Source: Candidatus Obscuribacteraceae bacterium
Lineage (GTDB): Bacteria > Cyanobacteriota > Vampirovibrionia > Obscuribacterales > Obscuribacteraceae
Direction: 5' to 3'
Assembly: GCA_044226015.1 (NCBI GenBank)
Contig: JBGAHS010000011.1
Span: 96,001 to 160,000, forward strand
Length of the DNA stretch: 64,000 nucleotides
This document shows positions 39,316-50,025 of this stretch, one piece after another. Below the pieces are notes generated by a model. That model did no database searches and was not told where the DNA came from. It worked only from the letters and a program-made list of their open reading frames with translations. Every line of letters starts with the position of its first letter. Position 1 is the first letter of the stretch. The position numbers and the translations under genes are program-made.

Positions 39316-39714
39316 TTAGGCTGCTCGACGAAATAGCGACGAGTTCACAAGAAACCGAAGTACTGGCAGCTGATATGGTTTAACTAGTTTCTGAGCCTCT
39401 TCTACGTCAACAAATTTTACCTTCTTCAAGGCGCCAGTGGCATGCGGTTTGCCTTCTACCATTTCGGCCGCAAAACAGGTCATTGTTTCGCACTTTCCTT
39501 TTTTTACAGAACCAACAAAAGCAAGATTTGCTGGTGCATCCATTTGAGCCTCTTCTTTGAGAACGCGCACAGCTGCTTCAGCGGTAGACTCAGCAACTAA
39601 GAGACGCGAGCGTGGAATACTCCATGACCTTCCGTTAAATACGAGAAGCACTTTGGTGCCTAACAAACACCTACGATAAATAACTATTCCAGCAGTCGTT
39701 TTCATAGTTTTCAT
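39316..39714 (-). CDS. Nudix-fold protein with a degenerate Nudix box
   Basis: TAGIVIYR...KVLLV...WSIPRSRLLVAESTAEAAVRVLKEEAQM. Confidence 0.75.
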   Translation of the reverse strand: MKTMKTTAGIVIYRRCLLGTKVLLVFNGRSWSIPRSRLLVAESTAEAAVRVLKEEAQMDAPANLAFVGSVKKGKCETMTCFAAEMVEGKPHATGALKKVKFVDVEEAQKLVKPYQLPVLRFLVNSSLFRRAA

Positions 39715-39980
39715 AAGTCCTTCCTCTCAACGAAAGTACTGACATCTGCGCATGATGACTGGGGTCTGGGCTTTTAGTTCCGCTTTTGAAAAGGTTCAGA
39801 AAAAAGTCCTCATTTTCAAAGCGCAAAAAGATGCTGCAAAAACAATTTTCCATTTAATGAAGACGAAAGAAATCAAAACTAGGAAAAACCCCTATTTTTT
39901 CGGGGATCCTCGATACAGCTGATTTCTAGAAGGTTCTATGATTTTTACTGTGATAGCGAATTCGACGTTCTCATCCTAAA

Positions 39981-40009
39981 AGAACCAACTTTCACCACCC
40001 GCAGTATCA
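39981..40009 (+). promoter_or_regulatory. Possible ECF-type promoter upstream of the sigma factor gene
   Basis: AGAACCA-N16-GTATCA resembles the RpoE-type GGAACTT-N16-GTCAAA consensus. Confidence 0.3.
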
Positions 40010-40040
40010 ACCGCATCATTATAAAACCGAGGAGAATGAA

Positions 40041-40652
40041 ATGAATACTCAAGTAAGCATGAAAAAGAGTTATGCAGATGTACCCACTGCAGACCTCGTA
40101 ATCATGGCGCAGAGAAAAGATGAAGCGGCACTGACTGAATTGCTAAAGCGACACAAAGCGTTCATATCCAACAGACTTTATAAGTTAGCACCAGATTGGA
40201 AGGATCAGTCAGATCTCATTCAAGAAGTTAATATCCGCGTTTGGCGATTCATCGGACAACTTAAGAAGGCTGCATCATTCCGTACCTGGCTATCCCAACT
40301 GATTCTGAACGTCTTCTACGATGAGCTGAGAAAGAGACCACGCGACTTTTATATGGTGTCTCTTGATGAGCCAATGTCAGACGACTCAACTGACACGCGT
40401 GATATTAAAGACGCATGTCAGCTTCCAGATGACGAACTCCTGGGCAAGGAACTGATGGCGGTGTTGACTGAAGCTATGAAGGACATTCCGGAACAGTTTA
40501 AGCAAGCTCAGTTACTCCGCGACATAAAAGGACTTTCCTATGAGGAGATTGCAAAGCTTACAGGTACTGAGCTGGGAACGGTGAAGTCACGTATTGCACG
40601 GGCGCGCTTGAGAATTCAACAGCGCGTAGCACCTTACCTCGAGTGTGCATAA
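40041..40652 (+). CDS. ECF (group 4) sigma-70 factor
   Basis: Region 2 DLIQEVNIRVWR...FRTWLSQL and region 4 GLSYEEIAKLTGTELGTVKSRIARAR. GAGGAG RBS. Confidence 0.93.
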   Translation: MNTQVSMKKSYADVPTADLVIMAQRKDEAALTELLKRHKAFISNRLYKLAPDWKDQSDLIQEVNIRVWRFIGQLKKAASFRTWLSQLILNVFYDELRKRPRDFYMVSLDEPMSDDSTDTRDIKDACQLPDDELLGKELMAVLTEAMKDIPEQFKQAQLLRDIKGLSYEEIAKLTGTELGTVKSRIARARLRIQQRVAPYLECA

Positions 40653-40689
40653 CTAAATCAATCAAGTTTAAATAAGCAGGAAACAGAGG

Positions 40690-40717
40690 GGCAAGCATGC
40701 GAAAGCAGCTTGCCTTT
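40690..40717 (+). terminator. Hairpin between the convergent sigma and giant-protein genes
   Basis: GGCAAGC-A-TGC-GAAA-GCA-GCTTGCC followed by TTTC. Confidence 0.6.
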
Positions 40718-40721
40718 CTGC

Positions 40722-43700
40722 TTAGTTTTTGAAGACACCGTGAGATGAGGTTACCAATTGCAGGCATGCTGCCATCTTGAGTAGTCTTGCTCCCAGATGT
40801 TTTTCCGCGGCTTCCGAGCTGTGAATAACATCATTTAGCAAATGGCTCGATGACATCAAAGAAAGTAAGGAATACTCTGCTAACTTGGCGTTTATTCCAC
40901 TGGCATTCTTCTCCACGGTTTCTTTGCGCACGGCCACAGAACTCTTGCTTCCAATTAACAGTCTTTGACCAGCACCGACAACGAACTCGCGGTCGCCAAC
41001 CTTAACCTTAACGGCACCCCAGCGAGATTCACAAAGATTGAATAGTTCAAGCTCAGTACCATCAGATTTGAGCAGAGCCACTCCATCGCCACTAATTTGT
41101 ACTTCACCCACAGCGCATTCCACTTTGCTTAGCTTGTGAGAATCAAGGATCATTTCACCTGAGATGAAGTGGAGTCTATCCGAGGAATGTCTCTCCAGTT
41201 TGCAAGCTCGTGCATAAACACTTCCATGTTCGCTTGCAGATTTCTGGATACTCTCAACGTCTACTTCAACTTTGCCTTGAACTGTCAATGGAGAGCTGCT
41301 AACACAAGCAATCGGTGTGAACTCTTTTGGATTTGAGTTGCTAGCCTCGACGGCACTTGCATTGACTGTTTGTTCCTCCAGTTTCTTGAACAAACTGCGG
41401 ACGGCACTGATATCAGTGCGCAGATTGCTGGACGATGCGTTAAACAAGACAGGCATCGCGACAGTTGTTCCCACAGTGGCGCTTGGTGCAGGTGCGGATA
41501 TGGCTTGAGACGATAGAATTCCAGTTGGAGCCGGCGGTGGATCCGCCAAAATGTATACTCCACCTGAAAGAACAATGGCAGATTTGTCTCTGCTGCCAGT
41601 ACTAAATACGATATTAGCGCCCCAGGCGTCCAACTCATTATTCTTGCCGTTCACAGTGATACCATTGGCACCAAAGTAAGCTTTTCCGCCCCATTTCTCG
41701 CTCACACTTGTGTTCGAGGGAATAGAACCCCTTATCGGGTTTGTTGGAATGGCACCTACAACGACTCTCACGTTGCCTAAGCCGTTGCTCTGACTGTCAG
41801 AAAGTGCAATCAAGGAGACATTTTTTCCAATCTTTATAACGCCAGAGGACTCGTTAGCATTTTGCAGAGTGAGATTACCTTGTCTTGCGACAAGCTCTGA
41901 GTTTTTTGCAACGTTCAAGTCACCTTGACTCTGCAGGTAAATGGAACCATTTCTGGTTTCCACATTTTGTACATTTAGCGCACCACTCGACTTCACAGTG
42001 AAGCTGCCACCAGCACTCGAATCGTCCAAATTCACGTTTCCGGTCACGGCTATGTTTACCAGGCCGTTACCCCAGGTCGACGCTCTCAGGTTTTCAGCTT
42101 TTACGGCTAAGGCTAAAGTGCTGCTTCCAATATTGCCCCTGTCAGATCTCAAAACGAGATTATTAGCCGTAATCAATCCACCTTGTTGAGAAATATTGCC
42201 TCTTCCATCAGCATTTATTTCAAGACAGTCAGCGACAAAATTGCCATTGAGGACAATATTGCCATCATCCTTGGTGCGCAAGACCACCTCAGTACCCGAA
42301 AGGGACCCGGAAACCTGCAAATTTCCCTCCCTGCTCGTAAATTTGTAATTCTTTCCGGCTATGTTTCCAGATACAGACAGATCACCGTCTGCTCTAAGTC
42401 TGGAATTATTGCCCATGGAAATCGTTCCAGCATTTACCGTCAAGGAAGAGTCATCAACTCTAAGGCGTACTCCGTTGCTTAAGGTCAATGATGGAACATC
42501 AACGATTACCTTTCCATTTGCTCCTGCATTGAAAGTTCCATTTGAAGTCAAAACCAGCGCTTTTCCGCTTGTTCCTATACTAATATCGCCAGTAGCTTTC
42601 AAGCTCAACCCTTCACCGACACTGTAAGAACTGACAGTGACAGCACCTTTGTTGCTGATGTGCGCCTCAGCAGCTGTGCTTACTGAAAGGGTTTGGGTTT
42701 CTGTGTGAATCGCATTTTTTGAAGAGCCGATATCTCCGGAACCCGACATCAGAGTGATAGACGCTGCTTTCAAAATTCCGGCAGTTTGTCGAATATTGCC
42801 AGAACCTATCGCAGAGACAAGTAAATCATTGATAACGATAACGTCAGCGGCAAGGGTTATCGTGCCATTGTTAGCAAGAGTTCGAATTATCAAACTGTTT
42901 GCATTTACATTTTGATTGATCAGCAGGTCTCCTGATGCTTCGATAATTGTCTGAGACCCAGCGTTAGGATTGTCTATCAAACCATTATTCACAAGCGTGC
43001 CACCAGGAGTCAAAACGCTGACAGTGTTGTCGCTGTGCAAAACAACGCTTGATGCAATTGTCACATTCGCATTGCTTGTAGATATGGTGACAGGAGCACC
43101 AGCGAAGTTAAGAGTTGATTGTCCTGCTCCAGCATTATTTTGCACGAAGTTTATCGGGGCAGCATCCGGAGCCGAGATTGTTATTGCGCTTCCACCACTG
43201 GTGCTTACCGAAGCAGCACCTGCCGGAAGTCCAAATGTAATACCTAGATTTGGCAATCCTACAAAATTGATGGATGACCCCTTGGCAGTGATTGCTGAGT
43301 TCGAACCAAAGTTGAGCAAGGGGGCCGTGAATGAAACGGAATTAGCACTATCGATGAGTATGCTTGCGCCATCCAGCAAATTGATTGAACCGTTAGATTG
43401 AAAGTTGACTTCACCATTCACGCCAGCATTGAAATGCGGCGTACCAGAAACAGAAATGCTGTCACCAACGTTCAACGCTAGAACGTTTATTGTTCCAGAA
43501 AGCCCAGATGAGAAGCCTACAGTTCCAGCGCCAGCAATAGTAATACCGAGAGGATCCTGAAGTACTATCACTCCATTACTTTGAGAAGAAGTAATGTTGC
43601 CGTCCAGATGAAGGGTTCCACCATTGACGTTTATTTGAATGTTTCTATCTGAACTCAGGTTTAGACTTGCCAGAGAGGTGTCAGCAGCACTGCTGGTAGT

Positions 43701-46700
43701 AATCAATCTTCCACCCTGCACAGAGAGATTTGCTATACCCAGTCCACTGCTGGTGAAGACCAACGGAGCTCCAGTGCCACTTGCGAAGCTTACGTCACCG
43801 CCTGCACTCGCGATGATGTTGTTGGACGAACTTCCCGTTGCTGTAATTGTAAGTGGTGCACCCAAGCTGGATTGGACCACCAAGGCTTGTGTATCATTCG
43901 TAGCGGTTATACTGCTACCGCTGCCAAAATTTAAAGCGTTTGTAGATATGTTCAGTTTAGTACCGCCAGCAGCAGTCAAGCTAACACTTGAACCAAGATT
44001 TACTCCAGAACTAGACAAGCTTGCTGTTTGAACTGTCAGAGAGCCCGTGGCTCCGGCGTTGACTACGTAAGATGTATTGAAATTCACGCCATTAGAGCCG
44101 GCAAAAGTGACCGCTGAATTAGCCCCACTCGCAAGTACATTGCCATTGCTACCGGACAAATTCAATATGGCTGAAGAATCCACTAGCAGCTGAGCTCCAG
44201 CCGCAGAAATTTGAATGCTGCCATCCAGAATCAAGTTATCTGTGTGAAGCGTGATATTTCCCGAACTGGAACTGAGCTGATTACCCAGCCCGATCTGAAT
44301 GTTTGTGCCGCCGCCATTTGAGGCGAGATTTACACCATTGTTACCGCTTACGGAGCTGAACATTGAAATGTTACCGTTAGCGCTGAGATTCAAAGTTCCT
44401 GCATTTAGATTTGCTTCTATCGCAAGGTCGCCATCATTATTTAGCTCAAACGTACCGGCAATAGTCGAGGTACGCAAGTCCATCTGGCTTGCATTATTAA
44501 TGTATACAGAGCCACCACTATTAACTTGAAGTTCAAGTACGTTTGCTTCGATTGGTGCGGACTTAGACCCTATATTTCCAGATTGAGAGTTGAGAACGAG
44601 AGTACCAATTCCTGTCGTGCTGGAGCCTACCTGATTTATATTGCCCTTGCCCTGAACGCTTAGAACAACAGTTGGAGAACTAATATCTGCCCCGAGATTG
44701 ATGCTTCCATTTCCAACGGTTGATACGTTCAATTGCTTGGCGCTAATTGGAGAATTAATATTTACGTCGCCACCATTGGCTATTATTTCAACGCCGATAT
44801 TTGTACTGGTATCAAAAGCATCAGAATCAATATTTACACCAGAACCCAGATTTATTGCACCATTAGAAGTGCCCATACTGACAGTCGCACCCGAGACTAC
44901 CAAATCTGCATTGCCACTCGTGTTCAAAGATAAGGAACCGGTGCCGCTGGGTTCAATCTGCAGAACACCAGGTCGAACTGAATTGCCCTGGCTTATGCTG
45001 AAGGTAACGGTTGAACCATCGGCAAAGTCTAACGAAAGTGAGCCAGACTGAGTACCACTGTTCAGCTTCAAAAGACCAGCATTGTTCATTGCCAGATTCG
45101 CATTTCCAAGGAAATGAATACTTGGAGCACCCAATTCTATTGCACCCTGGCTAGCGTTGAGACTGGCGCCTGCCGCTACATACACTGCCGTGGAAGCTTT
45201 CAGAGTGATATTTCCGGCACTTGTGCTGATGTTCTGTGCACCCAGCTTGGACACAGCCCCGTCAAGAACAACCGAATAGTTCTTTGCAGAGCCGTTGAAA
45301 TTTCCAACAACATCGCCTAGACCACTGATCGATACATTTGACGGAGAATTAGCATTAATTGCACCCATGTTTTGATCGCTTGAACCTGACAAGTTCACTT
45401 TCTGGTTCATTGCCACAAGCAAATCATTTGCACCGGAAGAAAGACTGAGCTTTCCTCCATTTGCACCACTAGCGGAAATCGTGCCAGTGCCTTCCACTCC
45501 GGCGTTGCTGTGTCCTATATTCATGCTCAATGAGGAATTCTGCGTCAGCGAAATGCTACCTCCATTCTGAGCACCATCAGCAATGACATTCGCGTCTGTG
45601 ATATCAATAACGCCGCCCTGGCTTGACCCTGCGTCAACAGAGATGGTACCGCCGTTTGCACTGGCAGAACTTGAATTGATTGTGGCCGAATTCAATGTGA
45701 CATTGCGGCTTGCACTGAGCAGAACAGAGCCACCATCGCCTCCCTGAGAACTGACATCAATTTGACTTCCTTTTCCTATTTGAAGATCTGCATTGTTTCC
45801 TCCAGCTGCCAGTGAAACTGAGCCGCCGTTGCCAGTGCCGGTGGACGATGCTACGAGAACCGACCCGTCAGCAAGGTTAAGCTGCGGCGCCATCAAATCA
45901 ATTTGTCCGCCCTTGCCAGAACCGGCACTGTTAGCCGAAAGCACTCCTGATAAATTCAGGCTGTGGTTTGCCGAAGCAAGTTGCCCGGGCGCTGAACCGC
46001 CTGCAGTCAACGAGACTTTGCCCCCATCACCATCGACCGAGACACCCACATCGATTCCCGAGCCTGCAACAGACAGGTCGCCAGCAGCGGTGATGATAAC
46101 GGCTCCGCCGTTGCCGCCAGCGGAGCCGCCACGAGCACTCAGGTTGAACCCACTTCCATTACCGATGGCAAGGTCGCCAGCAGAACTGCTTGTACTTCTC
46201 ACATTCACGGTGATCGTTCCGCCGTTACCTGTTCCAACACCATCCGCCCGCAAAGTGCCGTTAACCTTTAGTGAGCTGCTGGAAGCGCTGGCATTCAAGC
46301 CCGTATCAATGTTTATGCTGCCACCACTGCCATTTTTTGCTGCAGAGCTAACATCAACTACATCAGCGTCAATCGACATCGAACCATCAGAAATAAGTAT
46401 GATGGTTCCGCCGTCGCCGCCCTGGCTACCGCTTCTTGCGGAAAGCTTAGCCTGCCCAGAGGCAAGAACAAGGTCTGTTAATGAATGAAGTTCGATTGTT
46501 CCACCAGGAGCAGAGTCAGCTCCAGCAGCATTAAGATTCAAGGCTCCGTGAATTCCGTCAGCAAAAACAAGGTTGATCGTTCCACCTTTCTTTCCGGCAA
46601 AGTCACCGCCTTTAGTGGTGATGGTCAAATCATCAATATGAAGACTTCCGACAAGTTCAACCGATGAGGCACCGCCACCATTGCTGGTGATGTTCATGCT

Positions 46701-49445
46701 TTTAGCGTCAACAACAGAATTTGTTCCACCAATAGACACGAAGCCTGCACTCGCTATTCCATGACCACTGGTGTCAGCAGTAAGCGAACCAACTTGTATT
46801 TGCGGCGAAGACATGCTTAGAGTGCCACCTGAGTTATTGCCGCCTCCTGCAGCCGAAACCAGGATGTCACCTCCTGTAATACCGGTGGACGAGCTGAAGT
46901 TGACCTGCCCGCCCTCACCAGAACTTCCACCATTGGCACTGTATTGAGTACCACTTAATACCAGCGCACCATCCGAAACTAGAAGGATCGTGCCGCCATT
47001 TCCCGTATTGGAATTGATGACAATCGAACCAGCATTGATACCACCGGTACCATGATTGCTAGCAAAAATGGTTCCACCAATTCCGCCATCAACAGAAATA
47101 AATCCAACCGAGTTCTGTCCACCTCCAGTGTTAATTCCCAGGGCAGGAGTACCATCAGTAGGCTGAGCATTAACATAACTGCTTATGCTCACAGTGCCAC
47201 CCTGTCCGAGTGGATTGGAGTCGATGATAGAGTTAACGCTCACCCCCGCAGCGGAGTTAATGACAACAGATGCACCGTTGGCTGTGATGCTGCCAACCTC
47301 AACATCACTCTTGGATGTCGAAAGTGCAACTGTTGAGGATGAACCGCTAGCTCCAGTGATTTCTGCACTACCAAGCGAAACCTTGTCAGATTCGACCATG
47401 TCGACTCCAAACAAACCTGCAGTCAGGTTTACAGACCCGCCCGCACCACCGGTAGCGCCATTCGCTTTAATGTCGACTTTGCTCAGATCTATATCGGCAA
47501 CACCGTAAGTCGTCAGGAATGAAATTGAGCCCCCAAAGAGTCCGCTGGCCTCAATAGCTGACTTCCCAAACAAGACAGAGCCACCGTTAACGAATGCACT
47601 GATTCCGCCGCCGGTGCCATTTTTCGAGCTCAAATCCATTGAGCCATTTCCAACAAACAAACTACCAGCCATAGCCTGAATTGTTAGAGTTCCGCCATTA
47701 GCAGCAATGCTGGAAGCATTTATGGATGCATTTCCCGTGCCACCAAGGTTTATGTCGCCAGCTTGAGCCACCACATTGATAGAGCCCGCATTACCAGTGT
47801 CACTGGATGTGTTTATCGTGACACCATTCTGCATAGTGATAGCAGCTGCGGAACTGAGTGAGACAGATCCCGCGTTGCCTCCCAAAGCGCTAGTATTGAT
47901 GGTCAGAGGACCAGAACTGATTATTGAACCTGCATTAGAATTGATGGAAACGTCGCCCGATTGCGCACCGGTAGTGCTGGTGATAAGCGAGCCAGACAAA
48001 AGTATTGGTCCATTTGCAGTTAACGAAATATTGCCAGAGCTGGCGCCAGAAGTCGCAGTGGTAATCGCGATTATCGGCACAGTTTGAAGATCGATCATGC
48101 CTCCAGCGTTGAGGATCACACTGCCGGTTGCACCGCTGTTGGCGCTTGTGCCAATGTAGGAAACATCTTTGTTGATGATGTTGCCACCAGCATTGATAAT
48201 GAGAGCATCCAGACCGGAAAAGATCCACTCGCCGCCAAATTGCGACATTTCAAGAAAGACATCTCCACCAGATGAAATGGTGGGGTCTCCAGACATCTTT
48301 AAGGCACCAACATGAAGATCGCCAGTTTGCGCAGATAAAGCGGCTGTTCCACCAATCAAATTAGTCTGACCTAGAATAGAATGAACATCTACATTAATAT
48401 GTCCATCACCAGAAAAAACATTTAGTTGCTGCGAAATCCAATCGCCACCGATCAGAGATGTATCAAATTTGTCCGTGAAGAACTGGTCACGAATATTGAT
48501 ATTGCCATTAAGAGCCTGGAGAACTCCGCCAGTGTTGTTGATAGTCAAATTTTGTGCGACCTGACTTGCAACATTTATATTTCCAGCCATGGCATTAACC
48601 ATACCAGCGTTTTGAACGGCCGCTGAAACAATATTGACGTTAGACATTGCTTGCATCAGAGGACTTGGTCCACTCATTCCGGTTGGCAATGCATTTATGA
48701 CTGAGCCACCGGCATTCAAATTCAAATTGGCTGCACTACTGATGACACCAAAGTTGCTAATGTTCTGAACCGCGTTTAGACTCAAGCTCAAGTTGTTAAT
48801 TAGATTACTGAAACCACTTATTCCGCCCTGCGGAAGCATGGAAGTTAGCAAACCACCCTGCATGTTGTTGATATTTTGAGCAGAGATCACTGCACTCATA
48901 ACCTGGTTATTGTTTGATACAGCAAAGAAATTTCCCGAATTTACGAGGTTTCCGGTGATGTTCAATACACCAGATTGACCAAAGTTCCTCACTGCTGTGA
49001 CACCGGTAGGGATGACCAGGTTAGTGACATTACGTCCGGAAAGCGTGAATTGTCCGCCTGTGGCGACTCCCATAGCGTCGAGAACCAGGCTCTGAGTTCC
49101 CCCACCCAGAACCTGGCTCAATGCGACACTTTCTGCTGGTGTCAGTTTCATACCTGGTGAAACTGTCACTGTCGACCCCCCGACAGTGATAGCACCAGAT
49201 TGCTGAGCACCAGCAGTAACCGTTTTGTTCGAAGAACTTAAGTCCAGGTCTCTGGCTGCGTAAGCTGCAGGCAAAACAAACTGAAATACGAGCACTGACA
49301 CTGCACTCAGTGCGTAGGGCATTGATGCCGGCATCGAGTTATCGCAGTATCGACGCTGCTGTGTAGTTGTTCGCTGCCTCGCGAACAAATGCTCGCGCTG
49401 ACCATGTGGATCTGATCCAATAGAAAAAGGGGACTTCGCAGTCAT
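40722..49445 (-). CDS. Giant (about 2900 aa) exported filamentous-haemagglutinin-like beta-helical protein (giant 1)
   Basis: Hydrophobic signal ending AAYA, long G/S/N/T-rich repeats (GxGGxIxLxA) and a distinct C-terminal domain. The ORF is open to 49523; the start at ATG 49445 (AGGTG RBS) is a guess. Confidence 0.85.
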   Translation of the reverse strand: MTAKSPFSIGSDPHGQREHLFARQRTTTQQRRYCDNSMPASMPYALSAVSVLVFQFVLPAAYAARDLDLSSSNKTVTAGAQQSGAITVGGSTVTVSPGMKLTPAESVALSQVLGGGTQSLVLDAMGVATGGQFTLSGRNVTNLVIPTGVTAVRNFGQSGVLNITGNLVNSGNFFAVSNNNQVMSAVISAQNINNMQGGLLTSMLPQGGISGFSNLINNLSLSLNAVQNISNFGVISSAANLNLNAGGSVINALPTGMSGPSPLMQAMSNVNIVSAAVQNAGMVNAMAGNINVASQVAQNLTINNTGGVLQALNGNINIRDQFFTDKFDTSLIGGDWISQQLNVFSGDGHINVDVHSILGQTNLIGGTAALSAQTGDLHVGALKMSGDPTISSGGDVFLEMSQFGGEWIFSGLDALIINAGGNIINKDVSYIGTSANSGATGSVILNAGGMIDLQTVPIIAITTATSGASSGNISLTANGPILLSGSLITSTTGAQSGDVSINSNAGSIISSGPLTINTSALGGNAGSVSLSSAAAITMQNGVTINTSSDTGNAGSINVVAQAGDINLGGTGNASINASSIAANGGTLTIQAMAGSLFVGNGSMDLSSKNGTGGGISAFVNGGSVLFGKSAIEASGLFGGSISFLTTYGVADIDLSKVDIKANGATGGAGGSVNLTAGLFGVDMVESDKVSLGSAEITGASGSSSTVALSTSKSDVEVGSITANGASVVINSAAGVSVNSIIDSNPLGQGGTVSISSYVNAQPTDGTPALGINTGGGQNSVGFISVDGGIGGTIFASNHGTGGINAGSIVINSNTGNGGTILLVSDGALVLSGTQYSANGGSSGEGGQVNFSSSTGITGGDILVSAAGGGNNSGGTLSMSSPQIQVGSLTADTSGHGIASAGFVSIGGTNSVVDAKSMNITSNGGGASSVELVGSLHIDDLTITTKGGDFAGKKGGTINLVFADGIHGALNLNAAGADSAPGGTIELHSLTDLVLASGQAKLSARSGSQGGDGGTIILISDGSMSIDADVVDVSSAAKNGSGGSINIDTGLNASASSSSLKVNGTLRADGVGTGNGGTITVNVRSTSSSAGDLAIGNGSGFNLSARGGSAGGNGGAVIITAAGDLSVAGSGIDVGVSVDGDGGKVSLTAGGSAPGQLASANHSLNLSGVLSANSAGSGKGGQIDLMAPQLNLADGSVLVASSTGTGNGGSVSLAAGGNNADLQIGKGSQIDVSSQGGDGGSVLLSASRNVTLNSATINSSSASANGGTISVDAGSSQGGVIDITDANVIADGAQNGGSISLTQNSSLSMNIGHSNAGVEGTGTISASGANGGKLSLSSGANDLLVAMNQKVNLSGSSDQNMGAINANSPSNVSISGLGDVVGNFNGSAKNYSVVLDGAVSKLGAQNISTSAGNITLKASTAVYVAAGASLNASQGAIELGAPSIHFLGNANLAMNNAGLLKLNSGTQSGSLSLDFADGSTVTFSISQGNSVRPGVLQIEPSGTGSLSLNTSGNADLVVSGATVSMGTSNGAINLGSGVNIDSDAFDTSTNIGVEIIANGGDVNINSPISAKQLNVSTVGNGSINLGADISSPTVVLSVQGKGNINQVGSSTTGIGTLVLNSQSGNIGSKSAPIEANVLELQVNSGGSVYINNASQMDLRTSTIAGTFELNNDGDLAIEANLNAGTLNLSANGNISMFSSVSGNNGVNLASNGGGTNIQIGLGNQLSSSSGNITLHTDNLILDGSIQISAAGAQLLVDSSAILNLSGSNGNVLASGANSAVTFAGSNGVNFNTSYVVNAGATGSLTVQTASLSSSGVNLGSSVSLTAAGGTKLNISTNALNFGSGSSITATNDTQALVVQSSLGAPLTITATGSSSNNIIASAGGDVSFASGTGAPLVFTSSGLGIANLSVQGGRLITTSSAADTSLASLNLSSDRNIQINVNGGTLHLDGNITSSQSNGVIVLQDPLGITIAGAGTVGFSSGLSGTINVLALNVGDSISVSGTPHFNAGVNGEVNFQSNGSINLLDGASILIDSANSVSFTAPLLNFGSNSAITAKGSSINFVGLPNLGITFGLPAGAASVSTSGGSAITISAPDAAPINFVQNNAGAGQSTLNFAGAPVTISTSNANVTIASSVVLHSDNTVSVLTPGGTLVNNGLIDNPNAGSQTIIEASGDLLINQNVNANSLIIRTLANNGTITLAADVIVINDLLVSAIGSGNIRQTAGILKAASITLMSGSGDIGSSKNAIHTETQTLSVSTAAEAHISNKGAVTVSSYSVGEGLSLKATGDISIGTSGKALVLTSNGTFNAGANGKVIVDVPSLTLSNGVRLRVDDSSLTVNAGTISMGNNSRLRADGDLSVSGNIAGKNYKFTSREGNLQVSGSLSGTEVVLRTKDDGNIVLNGNFVADCLEINADGRGNISQQGGLITANNLVLRSDRGNIGSSTLALAVKAENLRASTWGNGLVNIAVTGNVNLDDSSAGGSFTVKSSGALNVQNVETRNGSIYLQSQGDLNVAKNSELVARQGNLTLQNANESSGVIKIGKNVSLIALSDSQSNGLGNVRVVVGAIPTNPIRGSIPSNTSVSEKWGGKAYFGANGITVNGKNNELDAWGANIVFSTGSRDKSAIVLSGGVYILADPPPAPTGILSSQAISAPAPSATVGTTVAMPVLFNASSSNLRTDISAVRSLFKKLEEQTVNASAVEASNSNPKEFTPIACVSSSPLTVQGKVEVDVESIQKSASEHGSVYARACKLERHSSDRLHFISGEMILDSHKLSKVECAVGEVQISGDGVALLKSDGTELELFNLCESRWGAVKVKVGDREFVVGAGQRLLIGSKSSVAVRKETVEKNASGINAKLAEYSLLSLMSSSHLLNDVIHSSEAAEKHLGARLLKMAACLQLVTSSHGVFKN

Positions 49446-49702
49446 ATGTAGCACCTGCCTTGGGGGGAAAGGCAATCGCTTCCGAACCTGCTCGGAGCAA
49501 TTGGCGGGCTTTTGCGCAAACATCTGGGGGAGATGTTACACGGATAATGGGAGGGGACTGGCGTCTATATACCCGGTTGCCAAGAGATCGAATCAGATGT
49601 TTTCCTACAATTTCGAAAACAAGAAATAAAAAGTCTTGTCAGCAACTGCGGACAGCCCAACTGGGGATTTCCACACAAAAATTAACAGCATATAAGGTTT
49701 TA

Positions 49703-49913
49703 GATAGTTTTCCTGGGGGAAATATATATCTTGGTCTGACATATCGGGAAAATCAAACAGTGAAAACGCTCTGGGGGGAGGGTTTACGCGGTTTGTGAAC
49801 GAGAGGCTTTCAGCGCTCATCCTGAATGTAAGACCAAACTAAACTGGGGGGTAGGCGCAATAACCTTGCGCCGAGCAGCAGTGGAGGACCGAGTTCTCCA
49901 CTGCTGTTTTTTT
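49703..49913 (+). ncRNA. Candidate structured non-coding RNA or leader of about 210 nt
   Basis: Nested stems TTGGTCT/AGACCAA, ACAT/ATGT, TCGGGA/TCCTGA, CTGGGGG/CTTTCAG and GTTTACG/TGTGAAC, whose G-U pairs only work on the + strand. A GGCGCAA/TTGCGCC hairpin and a terminator follow. Confidence 0.5.
49874..49913 (+). terminator. Strong intrinsic terminator
   Basis: 11-bp stem CAGCAGTGGAG...CTCCACTGCTG followed by T7. Confidence 0.85.
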
Positions 49914-50025
49914 ATTCTAATCACATTCTCAGGTTATATTGCTAAAGGCTCGCAGCTGACAAGCCTTCAGGCAAGTTATCATGATTCACCTACAGCTAAG
50001 GGGAGAGGACTAAGTCCTAAGCGAA

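Noticed and set aside
40041..41170. Giant 1 C-terminal domain as the FecR-type anti-sigma of the adjacent ECF sigma factor
   Set aside because: The genes are convergent, the domain lies at the end of an exported protein with no obvious cytoplasmic sigma-binding part, and the same domain occurs on giants 2 and 3 without an adjacent sigma gene in the window.
49700..50025. Canonical lysine riboswitch, T-box or leader peptide for lysC
   Set aside because: I could not find the consensus elements by eye, and the short ORF VKTLWGEGLRGL is not enriched in Lys, Thr or Met. Kept only as an unknown RNA candidate.
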